DNA of 64,000 nucleotides from assembly GCA_040954595.2 (NCBI GenBank), contig CM082595.2:4077943-4141942 (forward strand), read 5' to 3'. The notes below the pieces were generated by a model. It was not told where the DNA came from and searched no databases. It saw only the letters and a list, made by a program, of their open reading frames with translations. A program made the position numbers and the translations under genes. Positions 39,356 to 51,492 of this stretch are shown piece after piece (the first letter of the stretch is position 1; the number at the start of each line of letters is the position of its first letter). Source of the stretch: Balanoglossus misakiensis. Lineage: Eukaryota; Animalia; Hemichordata.

Positions 39356-40651
39356 ATGGAGCCACAACAACCGGTAAGGAATACCTTGCTTTTGTATCAG
39401 ACACATGACTGTGTACACGCTTATATTTATATGTTTGTTATAAACAACGTTAGTTAGTTACCCACTTACTCAACGATTTGCCGATTAACAATCAATTTAC
39501 TGAAGAAAAAAGTCGCTTTTTTCTGATAACCCCCTTCCTTTGCCAACTTCAGGTTCAAGTTCAACAACCAATGCCAGTTGACAAGAGTGACATCATGATG
39601 ATGGCCCAACAAGCGTCGTGTCCACCGGGACTGGAATACGTCAGTCAGATAGATCAGTTGCTGGTACATCAACAGATTGAATTGTTGGAAGGTATTGAAT
39701 GTGGTGGTGGTGGTGGTGGTGGTGGTGATGATGATGATGATGAGCTCAGAGTATATTAATATGCAGACCAAATAAATGTGCTTTACTTCTCAGTAAATTG
39801 CGATTTCTCAACTTAGTGGCGATTTAACCTTACTCTATTCGCCCCACACAGCGTTCACTGGGTTTGAGACAAACAACAAATACGTCGTCAAGAACAGCAT
39901 GGGCCAACAAGTCTTCTACGCTGCCGAAGGTGAGAGTCAAATTGAAAATTCAATGTTCGGTAAACGTTACATAGTGGAATGTATTTTATTAAAGCACAAT
40001 TACCTGCCATCCATGCATACAGCCATCGTTCGTCGGGATCGGAGGAGGATTGGTGAAGTGACCCAAGGGATGCTTGGTCAACGTATTACGATGTCTTCAC
40101 ACCTTTGAGAGAGGGGGAGATCAAGAAATCGAGGAGGAAGAGAGAGAGAGAGAGAGTACTATATTAAGCATATTATCCCCTTTATTCATTGTAGAAACTA
40201 ATGTGTGTATGCGCATATGTTGCGGACCACGAAGAGGATTCACAATACATATCCAGGATAACAACCAAAGAGTAGGTTCATTTTTTAAATTTTAGTATCT
40301 CATTTATTTGAACTGCTCATGTGATCGATTCAACGAAAATAACAGTATAAATATACAATAGAAATACTAGTACCTGCATTGAATTGCCTTGTGCAATCAA
40401 TTGCATCTTAAGTTCATCGATATTTGGACCTTGGACAGATCATGCCTGACTTGTACGACTGCTCTTTTCTCCCAGGAAGCCATGCGGATCTCGCGACACT
40501 TCAAGTGCTGTGCCGGGTGTTGCTGGTGTGCCGGGGCGGACTGCTGTGCCTTCGAGGTGTGCGTGGAAGCTCCTGTGGGCACACCAATCGGATATGTCAG
40601 ACAAACGTGAGGATGTCTCTCTCTCTCTCTCTCTCTCTGAGTCTCTCTCTC

Positions 40652-40685
<34 letters not shown>

Positions 40686-41601
40686 CACACACCTCACGTT
40701 TTCGCATTCAATCTGACACTACATAATATTATATTTTCACAGAGGGGGGAGTTGGTACTCATTCGATATTAAGGACGAACACCATGACACAATATTGAAA
40801 GTGGAGGCGCCTTGTTGTCTATGTCAGACGATCTGCTGCACGGCAGACGTTGAATTTAAGGTGGGTACCATTCGCTCTCTTATTGCTGCAAAACAGACTG
40901 ACCAAATCACAGTGACTCTACAAGGCGTACTGGACAATTGACTGTTTGTGTATGTAGTTGAGCAGGTGACACCCGTGTCTAGTAAAATGTTATTGAAAAA
41001 TTCGCAAACACACTTCATTTCCCGTTTACACTACAGGTCCTCTCGGCTGACAAGAGTGTCCAGGTTGGCAGCATCAGCAAACAATACCCCGGATTGGGAA
41101 AGGAAATGTTTACCGACGCCGACAACTTTGGAGTCAGTTGTAAGTATTCTGCTGTATATGTACATACGTACGTCGCTGATCCATTCATAGTACATTAATC
41201 TTGATATTCTAATAGAACTTTACCAACTATATCCCGTCTTTTCTTGACTCTCCCCAGTTCCGATGGACCTCGACGTCAAGGCGAAAGCCACCCTGTTGGC
41301 AGCTGTCTTCTTAATTGTAAGTACATCCTTTTAGGTATACATCAGAATGTAAATATTTTAACCATGGTGACGTCAGTTGGCCGGACACATGTTTCTGGGC
41401 TGAGGGAGGGGTGCTTTATTGCATAGGTGCCCATATACCTTTAACTGCAATGATATTGAAACGTCATGAATGACATAACGTCGATAATTTAAATCCACAC
41501 ATATTCCAACACTAGTTCATAGCTAGCTTACAACGTCATGTTTTTATTTTCTTTTTTAGGACTTCATGTTTTACGAAAAGAAAAAGGACAATAATAACTA
41601 A
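39356..41601 (+). CDS. PLSCR: Phospholipid scramblase, paralog 2 (short N-terminus)
   Basis: Exons MEPQQP | ...[24 protein letters not shown] | [20 protein letters not shown] | [12 protein letters not shown] | [10 protein letters not shown] | [11 protein letters not shown] | ISKQYPGL | [19 protein letters not shown] | [14 protein letters not shown] probable non-coding first exon ends near 38298 (ag|gtaagt). Confidence 0.92.
39701..39742. repeat. Compound (GGT)n(GAT)n microsatellite, intronic
   Basis: Lies just after the exon donor; it produces the spurious poly-G/poly-D tail in the ORF track. Confidence 0.9.
40616..40682. repeat. (CT)n microsatellite in scramblase 2 intron
   Basis: Visible CT dinucleotide run. 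Confidence 0.95.
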
Positions 41602-42521
41602 CAAGACAGTGATAGGCATATACACAGACGTGACGAGGCTATGCTCTTTTTATACATTTTATTTCACTGTTATAATTCTCCATCGACGAAAATTAATTAC
41701 ATGAAATTTAAAATAGGTGACAATAAATAAGGCAAAAACGTTGGGCTTCTAATAGTAAGCTTGTTATAGTTAGCGACGTTATTTTCATTTATCTTGCAAA
41801 AAATCACAAGAATTGTATCGATTGTGCTGTACATTGCCAAAGAGTACAATACGTTTTTGTCGTATGGGGCCTAGTACCAATACTCTGTCTTGTATATTAC
41901 CTTGTCAAAGTTGATGTACTCATTTTGTACATCACTTCTGTTAATAAAAATATCCATGACGCTAAGAAGTGTGGCATGATATTTGCATATTGCAAGGATG
42001 TATATAGCGCCCCTAGCGGCAGGGTTTGTGATTCCTTCTCATATTTTTGTAAACATGATCACGTGACAGTAAGTGAAAGGGGAAATGGCTGCCGTGTAGT
42101 TGTATGCAACTACAGCTACTAGTAGGACGTTTAGAATTATCAACAGGACGGTGTCGTTGACTGTCCAGACCCCGCGGGTCAGCACAAGTGGCGATCACCG
42201 CAGAGGTATTTGTGTTTGACAGAAGAAATTCCACTGAAAATTTCTCCGGTCGCATCTTGTTCTTGTGGGGTGAGTAAACCGTTGAACTTTGTCCTTGTTT
42301 GCCGGATGTTAGAGTCTGAGCTGAGAAGGTGTGTCCGATTAAAATAAAATTTACACCGCCGGGCAGGGGTCTCGGTGCCTCGTTGCATGTTTATAAACTG
42401 TGGTTACAACACCCCCATGAGCCTAATTTTACACAAGGTATCACAAATCGCCATCATTGTGATCTCTACGATCATTTTTCTCCCATCCAACGTACATTGT
42501 GCATGAACCCAGCTGCAGTTC

Positions 42522-42596
42522 AGTAGCTCGAGGTTTTGCCTTGGTTTGCTTATTTTGCCGTCTAGCACACAAATCAAGGCAAAACCTCGAGCTACT
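42522..42596. repeat. Perfect 22-bp inverted repeat with 31-nt spacer (mini-MITE-like)
   Basis: agtagctcgaggttttgccttg (42522-42543) and caaggcaaaacctcgagctact (42575-42596). Confidence 0.8.
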
Positions 42597-42958
42597 CAAT
42601 GAACATGCGCCTGATCAAATCAACTTGCCTTTCCGAAGCCGACACTTTGGCCCAAGGAGTTCGATCCTTTTAACCACAAGGCTGTGGTGATCCCGCCCAT
42701 CCTTGAAATTATAACGTCCGACGAACAAACAAACAAACAGACAGACAGACAGACAAACAAACAGACGGACAGACAAACAATATCTCCTAAGTCTTGATTT
42801 ATTTTTAAATAAAATATATACAAATTAAATTTAATTGACAAAATCATGCATAAATCAGGGAGTACAGCAAATAATACAGTCAATAACTATTTGATAAATA
42901 TAAAATACATTTCTGACAGTTATTTATATTTACAGATTTGAATTGAGGAAATACTGAG

Positions 42959-45900
42959 ATGTCAAAGACTGATGACATTAACATGCAGGAGATTCAGCTC
43001 TCAGATCAAAATCAATCCGATGGACAAGGCCCAGGACAACCGCCCCAGGGGTATGGACAACCGCCCCAGGGGTATGGGCAACCACCCCAGGGGTATGGAC
43101 AACCACCCCAGGGGTATGGACAACCACCCCAGGGGTATGGACAACCACAGCAGGGTTACGTGCCCCCTCAGCAGTACGGACAACCAGGACAACCACCTGT
43201 GAGTAGTACCAGTACCGCATCTTTAGAAAACAAGAAGTTGTATCTTTTATGAAACAGGAAGTTGTTTCAGCCGAATGAGAGTGTTTATGATGAAATTTCT
43301 AACAAAAGTTTTTATAGGGATACAACTACCTGAAATATGCAATCAGAACAATGAATGGTTTACATTGAAAGTTATTCTTGCCTAACGTACATGGATGTAG
43401 AGTATTGACTGTCTATTCAGCAGCAAGGATGAATTTATTCAGAACCCCATGGGATATAATTTAATTATTCCATTAATGACAATAATAAAAAATAATTAGC
43501 ACGCCTGTATGGTATGCAGATAGATTATACAATGCTAGAAATGTTTGTAACAGTTTTTTTAAAATTGCAAATACAATACATTTGCTAATGTGAAATGGGG
43601 GATATAATTTATTTTACATCTGTCATGGACAGTAGCAGTGTCATGTTTTTTAAATTTTAAAGCAAATGGGAAGACACCTCAAGGCCTCTTGATAAGACTT
43701 GCCTGTAAACTCAACCAAGGCCCCATTAGTGGGTAATGATACTGAGCAGAGATCAAGGCAAAATTTGTATGGAAAAATTAAAGTGAAATTTGAATTTTAC
43801 GCAGTTCTTAGCAGATGTAACTGTCCACTTGCCGTGAGGGCTCGTACTTATCGCAATGAATTTTTTATTTCGGTTCACAGATGATGCAGCAGCCTGGAGC
43901 CCCTGGAGGGGGGCCCCCACCCGCCCAGTGGATGCCTATGCCACAGGTACCGGCTGGATGTCCACCTGGTCTGGAATATCTGACGCAGGTCGACCAATTG
44001 CTGGTTCATCAACAGATCGAGCTTTTTGAAGGTTAGTTCTGACTTCCGAGCCTCTACAGACAATTCCAACACGGTGCACGTTTCACTATAAATTTTTATT
44101 TTACGATGGTGCAGATGGGTTTAGTTGCCAGGCCAGCGTGCATGCGTGCCGATACTTCTGTATAAATATAGACCGACTTTGTTCGTACAAGTGTTTAAAG
44201 AGCTGGGAGATCGCACTCGTATATGAATATAGACATTCTTGCCTTGACCGGCTGAATGTAAGGTCAACAAGAGTACAGTGATCTTGTCGCGGTTCGTGAA
44301 GGTCATCTACCGTCTCACGGTCTGCATGCAAATGAACGTACAGATGTCTAACCCTTTGACCCCCGTTCCCCTCTTGAGTGGTCCAACTTTATTATAGAAA
44401 ACAATAGATTTGGAACGGACCATGGTGGTGAAAGGGTTGAATCATTCTGATTACATAAAGTCAGCATTGTTGAACATAATGCGGACCTATACAAGTCCCG
44501 TCGCCCTACTTATCGCTGATCGTCTGTGCAGCATTCAGATTAGTGTGGGTGTAACCGCATGCATTCATATAGGGGTGACAGTGACCATTCAGCACCGACG
44601 TGATTTACTGTGTTGACATACGTGGACATATTCAGTGTGAAGCCCAGACACCCTCCAACCACCCTATTCAACACATTGAGGTGGCCCCATTACTATAAAT
44701 TGTCAATGTTAATATTATTTAAATAAACACCGGTGATGACATAAATTCAGACACTATCCACCCACTAAAACACTGTACATTGTATCTGGAAATTGATACT
44801 GTATACATGTATAGATCACACGTGTACAAGTATGCCAAGGACAACACGTTTCAAACTGTTTAACCCCTTGACTAACCCAAGGTCATCCTGGGGTAGCAAA
44901 TTTTAGAATGACATTGCTATATCTTATAAGCATACAGATATATTAGCAGTAGTAATTAGGCTTTGTGACCTATGAACTTTAGAATATGGATGGGTAGGAT
45001 TACAAATATTTACATGTTTACATTTTATTTGTATACGTACATTGAGCTCTTGCAGTAAACAACAGTATGACCACTGCCATCCAGTTGACAGAATTCAAAA
45101 CAGTAAATTCAGACTCAAAACCCCACTTCTGCAGTTACTTTCCAAATTCCAGCATTGATATAAACTACACTGTCAGTTTGTAACTTGGTTCCTTAATAAC
45201 ATATCAACCTGTCATCCTGGAATAATATACAATTATGTGCCAAATATTAATGACAATCTTATGTGACAAACACTTCAACCACCTGCAGTCCAATTAAAAA
45301 AATATAATGGATTAAATTTCATATACTTTACATGCAACTTTTCAGGACAATTGTCCATTATTTCACCTGTATGTATTGTTGTGGAGAGTTGTTAAATCTA
45401 TTTATAGAGGTACACTACTATGCACACATACCTGTAACATTTCACTCCTTCTGTCATGTCGGGTCAATGCAAAATGGTTGTATAGATCTGCATATTTCCA
45501 TATATTTACACGAGGGACAACAATATGAATTATGATGTAAATATTAAATGGGCAAGTTCCTCTACTAAGACGTTATTTTTCAGAAGATATTTTTTTCAGG
45601 TTTTAATTATGAAATTGATGTTTCGCTCACTGATGTACTGACATTCAAATAATCATTTTTTTCTCTAACAGTCTTCACCAACTGGGAAACTCAGAACAGA
45701 TACCAAGTGAAGAATAGTATGGGGCAGCAGATATACTTTGCGCATGAAGGTGAGACAATTTATTAATTTTTTTCCACAGTTCTTTCTCGCTACATGCTTT
45801 GTGGATAAACGTACCCTGGAAATGGGCACATAAATGAATAATGAACAACTAAATATGACAAAACTTGCAGTGTAAGGCAAAATTTTATATGGCTAATTAT

Positions 45901-48900
45901 TTTAGTTTTATGTTAGAGTGAAAAATACTTTTTGCCTGAAAACCCTAGTTATACACGTATGTATATCTGGACTTACATTCATGCCATTGGAATTCATGGG
46001 ATTAAAAAAGTCCCTAATTGCCTTACAATATATGTCTATTATACTCAGTTTAATATTCTGATGCACATCATGTAGTACAGGTATCATAGGCTTGATTAAT
46101 CTTATAAATAATGTACAGCATTTGTCATAGTCCGATGTAGTATTAGGTTAGAAACACTTTACTGTTTTTGGCTCTAAGTCACGAAAGGCCTCTTGGCCAG
46201 GTTACAATGGTAACATCTTTTTGTCAGAATTATTGTGTCATTCTCTTTAATAGTCAGTGTCTATATATATTTCATTGACAGAAAATACCAGGCAATAGAG
46301 CCTGGACTCAATGTGTGCATAATTTTTAAATATAGATAACAGTCACAGCTGCTGGTGTAACTTCTGCACCACTGATCATAGATATATGTCTGTACATTAT
46401 AACGCAAGTTTTCTTAATCACCCATCAGTCAGTCGATAATATAACAATAATATAAAACATAAACACCCATCTGGAAACAGCTCACTCTAGTAAAATTCAT
46501 TGATTAAAGATTATTAAGTAACAAGTGTTCCTCTTGGAACTCATAGGATATTTTCTGAATGTGAATTTGCCATTTTTTAAGAGGGACTGCTGACAATGCT
46601 AGTCAAATGTCAATTACTTTCACACATAGTTTAAAAATGCATGCGTATAGATGTATCCTAATCTCTTCAACCCTGGGGTAATAATTCATTTCTACCTGTC
46701 AATCTAGCGCAATGTATGAAATGCAATTAATGAGGGTGATTGAAACACAATGAATCATTTATAACATCTGTGTAAAATGGACAGACATTTGAGGCTTTTA
46801 TACTCGGCCCCATTTTCTACTGATAATGTTCATTGCAAATGAATTCATGATATGCACGTCACATTTCGTCCATCACATTCACTGTTTGTGTTGTCTCTTT
46901 CTGTCTCATTCACAGAATCTGATACATGTCATCGTCAGTGCTGTGGTGCCAATCGAGGCTTCATCATGCACATCACCGACAACATGCAGCAGGTACTTGC
47001 ACCACTCTCACCCTTCTCACCACATGGTTTGGTCCAAATCAATTGTTCCAATGGTAGATCTCACTATAAGGAAGGGGGGTGTGAAATCGTTTAATTGTTC
47101 TGTCAGATCGAACAAACCTCATCCAATCATCATATATATTGAACCATTAAACATTAATTGTAATACATCTATCATATTGTCAGTTTTTATGGGGAAGGTC
47201 ACCTTTCATATTGAAAGTCGCTTTTCAATTGTATTTCTATATAGTCACCTAATCAATGGTGTTATTAGGAGTATCACTTTCTCATTGGAGACAGGGAGTT
47301 GATATAAAACAATCATGCGAGAAAAGGTGAAACTGACCGTCGAAAAACATCTGATAGATGTATTCTACTTCAACTACCCAATTTTCATCCTTTTCACTGA
47401 TACATTCCGCTGTTTTTTATGTACCGGTAGAAACTTGCAATGTGGTAAATAAACAATAATTTTGACAAAAAAATTGTTATAAAAACATTCTACCATATAG
47501 ACATAAAGCTATAAGGGTTAATGGCCAAAACATTACAAATCCTGGAGTTATGATATTGCAGACATGATATAATATTCCTCTCTGTTGATTCATCCATGCA
47601 GGAAGTGATTCGTGTTAATCGTGAATTCAAGTGCTGTGCCGGCTGTTGTTGGTGTGCCGGTTCCGACTGCTGTGCCATGGAAGTGGCTGTGGAAGCTCCC
47701 GTTGGAACAGTTGTTGGATATGTCAAACAGACGTAAGTAATCACAGTGAACAGAATGAGGCCGTTTCAGCATTTGAAATTCGTCGAAGGAGAAAAAGAGT
47801 ATAAACATATCTGACGTCAACTTCAACCATCTAACTTGCATCTCCTTCTCCATTGTCCATTTCTCATTTTAGTTGTAGTGGCTGGCCGCCTCATTTCGAC
47901 ATCTTGGATGACGAGCGGAACACGGTCTTCAAAGTGCGAGGTCCGTGCTGCATCTGTCAAGGCATCTGCTGTACCTGGGACCAGGAGTTTTTGGTAAGAG
48001 ACAAAACTGTGGAGAGACCAGTCCATGCTGCGATAAAACTATTCATGCCACGGCAGAATTAAATGACATTCAGTAGTAACTAATTGCTTTGGAGCAGTCA
48101 TGTTATAGCAATACATCCAAAAGTGCTATTACCATGTGTACTCTGTTTTCATTCACTTCTGTGCACATTTCAGGTACACAGCCGAGACATGAAGCATGAG
48201 GTTGGCAAAGTTAGCAAGCAGTGGAGTGGTCTGATGCGGGAAATGTACACCTCTGCTGACAACTTCTCTGTGAACTGTAAGTATTGGTCGTGAGGTCACA
48301 GTTGGTGTCTTGTGCTCAAAATTACTTACCACTGAGTTTTGTATATTTGCCTATTGTTGAAGTTAATTCTTGTTTTTTTTGCATTCATTTCAGTTCCCAT
48401 GGATTTAGATGTCAAGATAAAGGCCACCATGCTGGGAGCTGTATTCCTTATTGTAAGTCACTCAATATTCTGTTCTATCCCCTTTGAGTTAGGGTGCCAC
48501 CTAGTGGAGATGCCCACATATTGTATTTGCTTGATTTCGTCTCTCTTTAATACTGGGCAGTCCTTCACCTCCCCTGGCCATTTGCTGTGTCTCAGAATCC
48601 TTGCCCAGAACTATTGCCCTGACTACCCTGAACTATTGCCCGGCCTAAATTTGCATGAAAACTTATATACAACAAAGTCTATTGGTCCGAGCAAAGTCAA
48701 CTAGTGATATCAGTACTTTAAACTGCCAATGAGAACCTGGCTGACAGGCTAGATTAGCTCTGCCCTCCCCGTCCTTTGGAAATTCGTCAGAGATGGAGTA
48801 GTTCCCATAAGCACCCAGCCCCTAACAAATGACAAAGCATGGCAAATTGGCATTTGTCATCAGGAAACTTCAGTATAGTTGATTGCCAGCTTTGCATTAT

Positions 48901-49608
48901 TGAGAGAACATCTGTCGTCGGCTTTTCACGACATTGAGAGTGAGTACACGTAATAAATTTGTACGAATCAATGAGCGTTTCTGGGAGTGAGTTTCATATC
49001 CGATCGCGCAGTCTCACTCTTCAGCTCCAAGCAATTGGTCAAACAAGTGCTAGCCATCTTTTGCGAAGTACAGTATGCAAGATTCAGAATAACTATTGTT
49101 TGAAAATAAGTGGAAGTTTCTTCGTCAGTCAGCGAATATAACATCAAACTGACATTTTGAGTCAGAGAATACTACAAGTGAGGATGAATAGCACATAGCT
49201 GCAACGATTGCATAGTCATTTATAGATCAGCATGACAGGGCTATGTGTTTTAAGAGTTGCATGGTAAGTGTCTTATTTTCCCTATCCCCCTCAATACATG
49301 CAGATAGCTTAATGCTTTGGTGTGTATTTCCAGTTACTGTTGCTCACCCGAGTTTTTGTAATTACCAATGTCTCATTTTTGTAGTTTCTTCAATATCTTG
49401 TTCCCCAAATCTCAAAACAAAAAGTTGCAGTCTTTCAAATAATATGTGTTGAATTTTCAACTTACTGGTCTTTTTTGTGATAACTCAATAACTACAAAGT
49501 CCAGGCTTTATTGGAGCTTTAGTTTTCACACTGATTCTCAAGTTTATTTCGTATTTTATATTACAGGATTTCATGTATTTCGAGCAAAAACAGAACAACA
49601 AGCGTTAG
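42959..49608 (+). CDS. PLSCR: Phospholipid scramblase, paralog 3 (long GQPPQGY N-terminus)
   Basis: Exons at about 42959-43198, 43881-44031, 45672-45748, 46916-46992, 47601-47732, 47873-47992, 48174-48277, 48393-48452 and 49567-49608 ([13 protein letters not shown]), with the same motifs and intron positions as paralogs 1 and 2. Confidence 0.93.
43034..43160 (+). repeat. Coding 21-bp tandem repeat (GQPPQGY x ~6)
   Basis: ggacaaccaccccaggggtat repeated in the first coding exon of scramblase paralog 3. Confidence 0.9.
48494..48507 (-). promoter_or_regulatory. CTCF-like motif
   Basis: Reverse complement CCACTAGGTGGCAC fits the CTCF core CCASYAGRKGGCRS. Confidence 0.45.
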
Positions 49609-51394
49609 CCACATGCTTCCAAGAAGAAGAAAAGTTGCAAGAAACGGAGAAGATGGTATTAGACGTTATTGCATGGAAATATGCTGTAAAATTCACTAAT
49701 GCATGGAGGTAGAGACACTGTAAAATTGTGATCAGTGTATCTTCAAACAGATTTCACGCCCGTTTTAACTCTTTCTCGTGTACTTTCTGTTGACATTCTC
49801 AGACTCTGTAATGTATTGACTCGTAAATGTGATGTATTTTAAAAAGTTACGTCACTTATGATCTAGTGTAAATTTTGAGACTACAGAATAATTCAACTCG
49901 CCCTGAAAACAGTTGGAGGGACTTTCAAAGGAGTGTAGCATGAAAGTGGGCTGTTTCTTTTTTAAGATATTACTCTAAAACTCTTCATACCAGTCTGAAC
50001 TGAATGAATGAGCTATAAATGTTTAAAGAAAAAAAATATTGATATTTTACTGCTATTTGTGTGGCATTTCACGAAATACTTGCAATGCAAAATATCTTAG
50101 TGTATTCCAGATACTAGTAGATCTCAATTTTCAAACATGGAGTTTTACAGGTAGATCCTTTGCTGTGGATTAAAAATTTGGGGACACCACAAACAACCAC
50201 CCCTATTTTTCTGTAGAACCTGCCGCACCATTCAATGATATGGGCAGGACTAGAGGTACAATGTATAAATGGGTTAATGAACTATGTACATTAATCCTGT
50301 ACCGCAAGTTCATTACCAAAATATGGCCAGTGACCCAAATATTTAACACTATTGTAATTTAGCCTAAAGGTAGATTCAATACCATTTGGAATATTTGTCA
50401 GTTATATCTCCAAGGTTTTTTCGTCGATATAAATTATAGTTAACATATACATATATAGAATTTTTCATAATCTCTTTTCAATTGACATTAGGCTGAAACA
50501 AGACTATTTTTGTCTTTCTTAGAGTTAGTTTGTACAAAGTACAATAATTTCCATTAACTGATGTATATTATCAAAGTTTGATTCTTTTTACAGATAATGT
50601 CTAACTCGAAGTTGTGTTCCATCTGTTAATGGAAAGTTATTTAAGGATTGAAACGACTTACTTGACGTTGTTACTGAATGCTTACTTTTCAATAAACACA
50701 GCACTGCAGTAGATTGCCGCATACCTGTAGTCACGTATTGTTGTGATGATGAAACCATTAATTTTCATTTGGAAAAGCTGTTTTTGAAGATCGCCAGGCT
50801 TTCCACTGAAAAGTGACGAGTATGTCGTCTCCAGCGAACATTAAATGATTCCACCAGCTGAGTGAGAAGAAGACACAAATCATTGTAAAGTTTTTTCAGT
50901 GATTTGTCACTGAGGGCGTTCTCACATGAAACGACTCGACTCGACATGATGGGAAACTATCGCAATGCTTCAAACATATTGTTTGAAGTGAAAGCCTTGA
51001 AAAGAAGGCTGTCAGGCCAGACACTTGGTCAATGGTTCATGATGGCCACGCCTGGTTTCCTAGGCAACGTTAAAGCAAGCATATATGAGATAAGAACTTG
51101 AACATACAAAAAGGTGTTGACTCGTATTATTATTGTGCAAGCAAATATTGTACATACACTCTCTCTGTCATTTTGCCTTTTGATTTTGACTTTAAAGAAA
51201 AATCAGGAAATAGTCGTGATTTTCAATGTTTTCAGTCAAAACAAATCATTTTTTTTCACTTTCGCTCTGATATTTTCTGACTCAGTGGAAACTTCGTTTT
51301 TCTGCGAACTCGCCATTTTGAATAACCCAATCCCGGGTCATTGCTTATGAATGCGACCGCGGACGCGTGTTTGACTTTACGCGACTTCGGGCAG

Positions 51395-51427
51395 CCAATA
51401 GGAATCCTTCTCGTGTACCTATATAAG
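51395..51427 (+). promoter_or_regulatory. CCAAT box + TATA box core promoter of the MGC gene
   Basis: CCAAT at 51395-51399 and TATATAAG at 51420-51427, about 65 nt upstream of the ATG at 51493. Confidence 0.6.
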
Positions 51428-51492
51428 AGCGCGCGCGGTCTTGTCACCAAACCCTATCACTGCGTGGATGTCCAGGACTTTTTCTGTCGAAT

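Noticed and set aside
44349-44440. AACCCTTT...AAAGGGTT piggyBac-like MITE
   Set aside because: Only an 8-bp inverted match and the TTAA flanks are degenerate; too weak to call.
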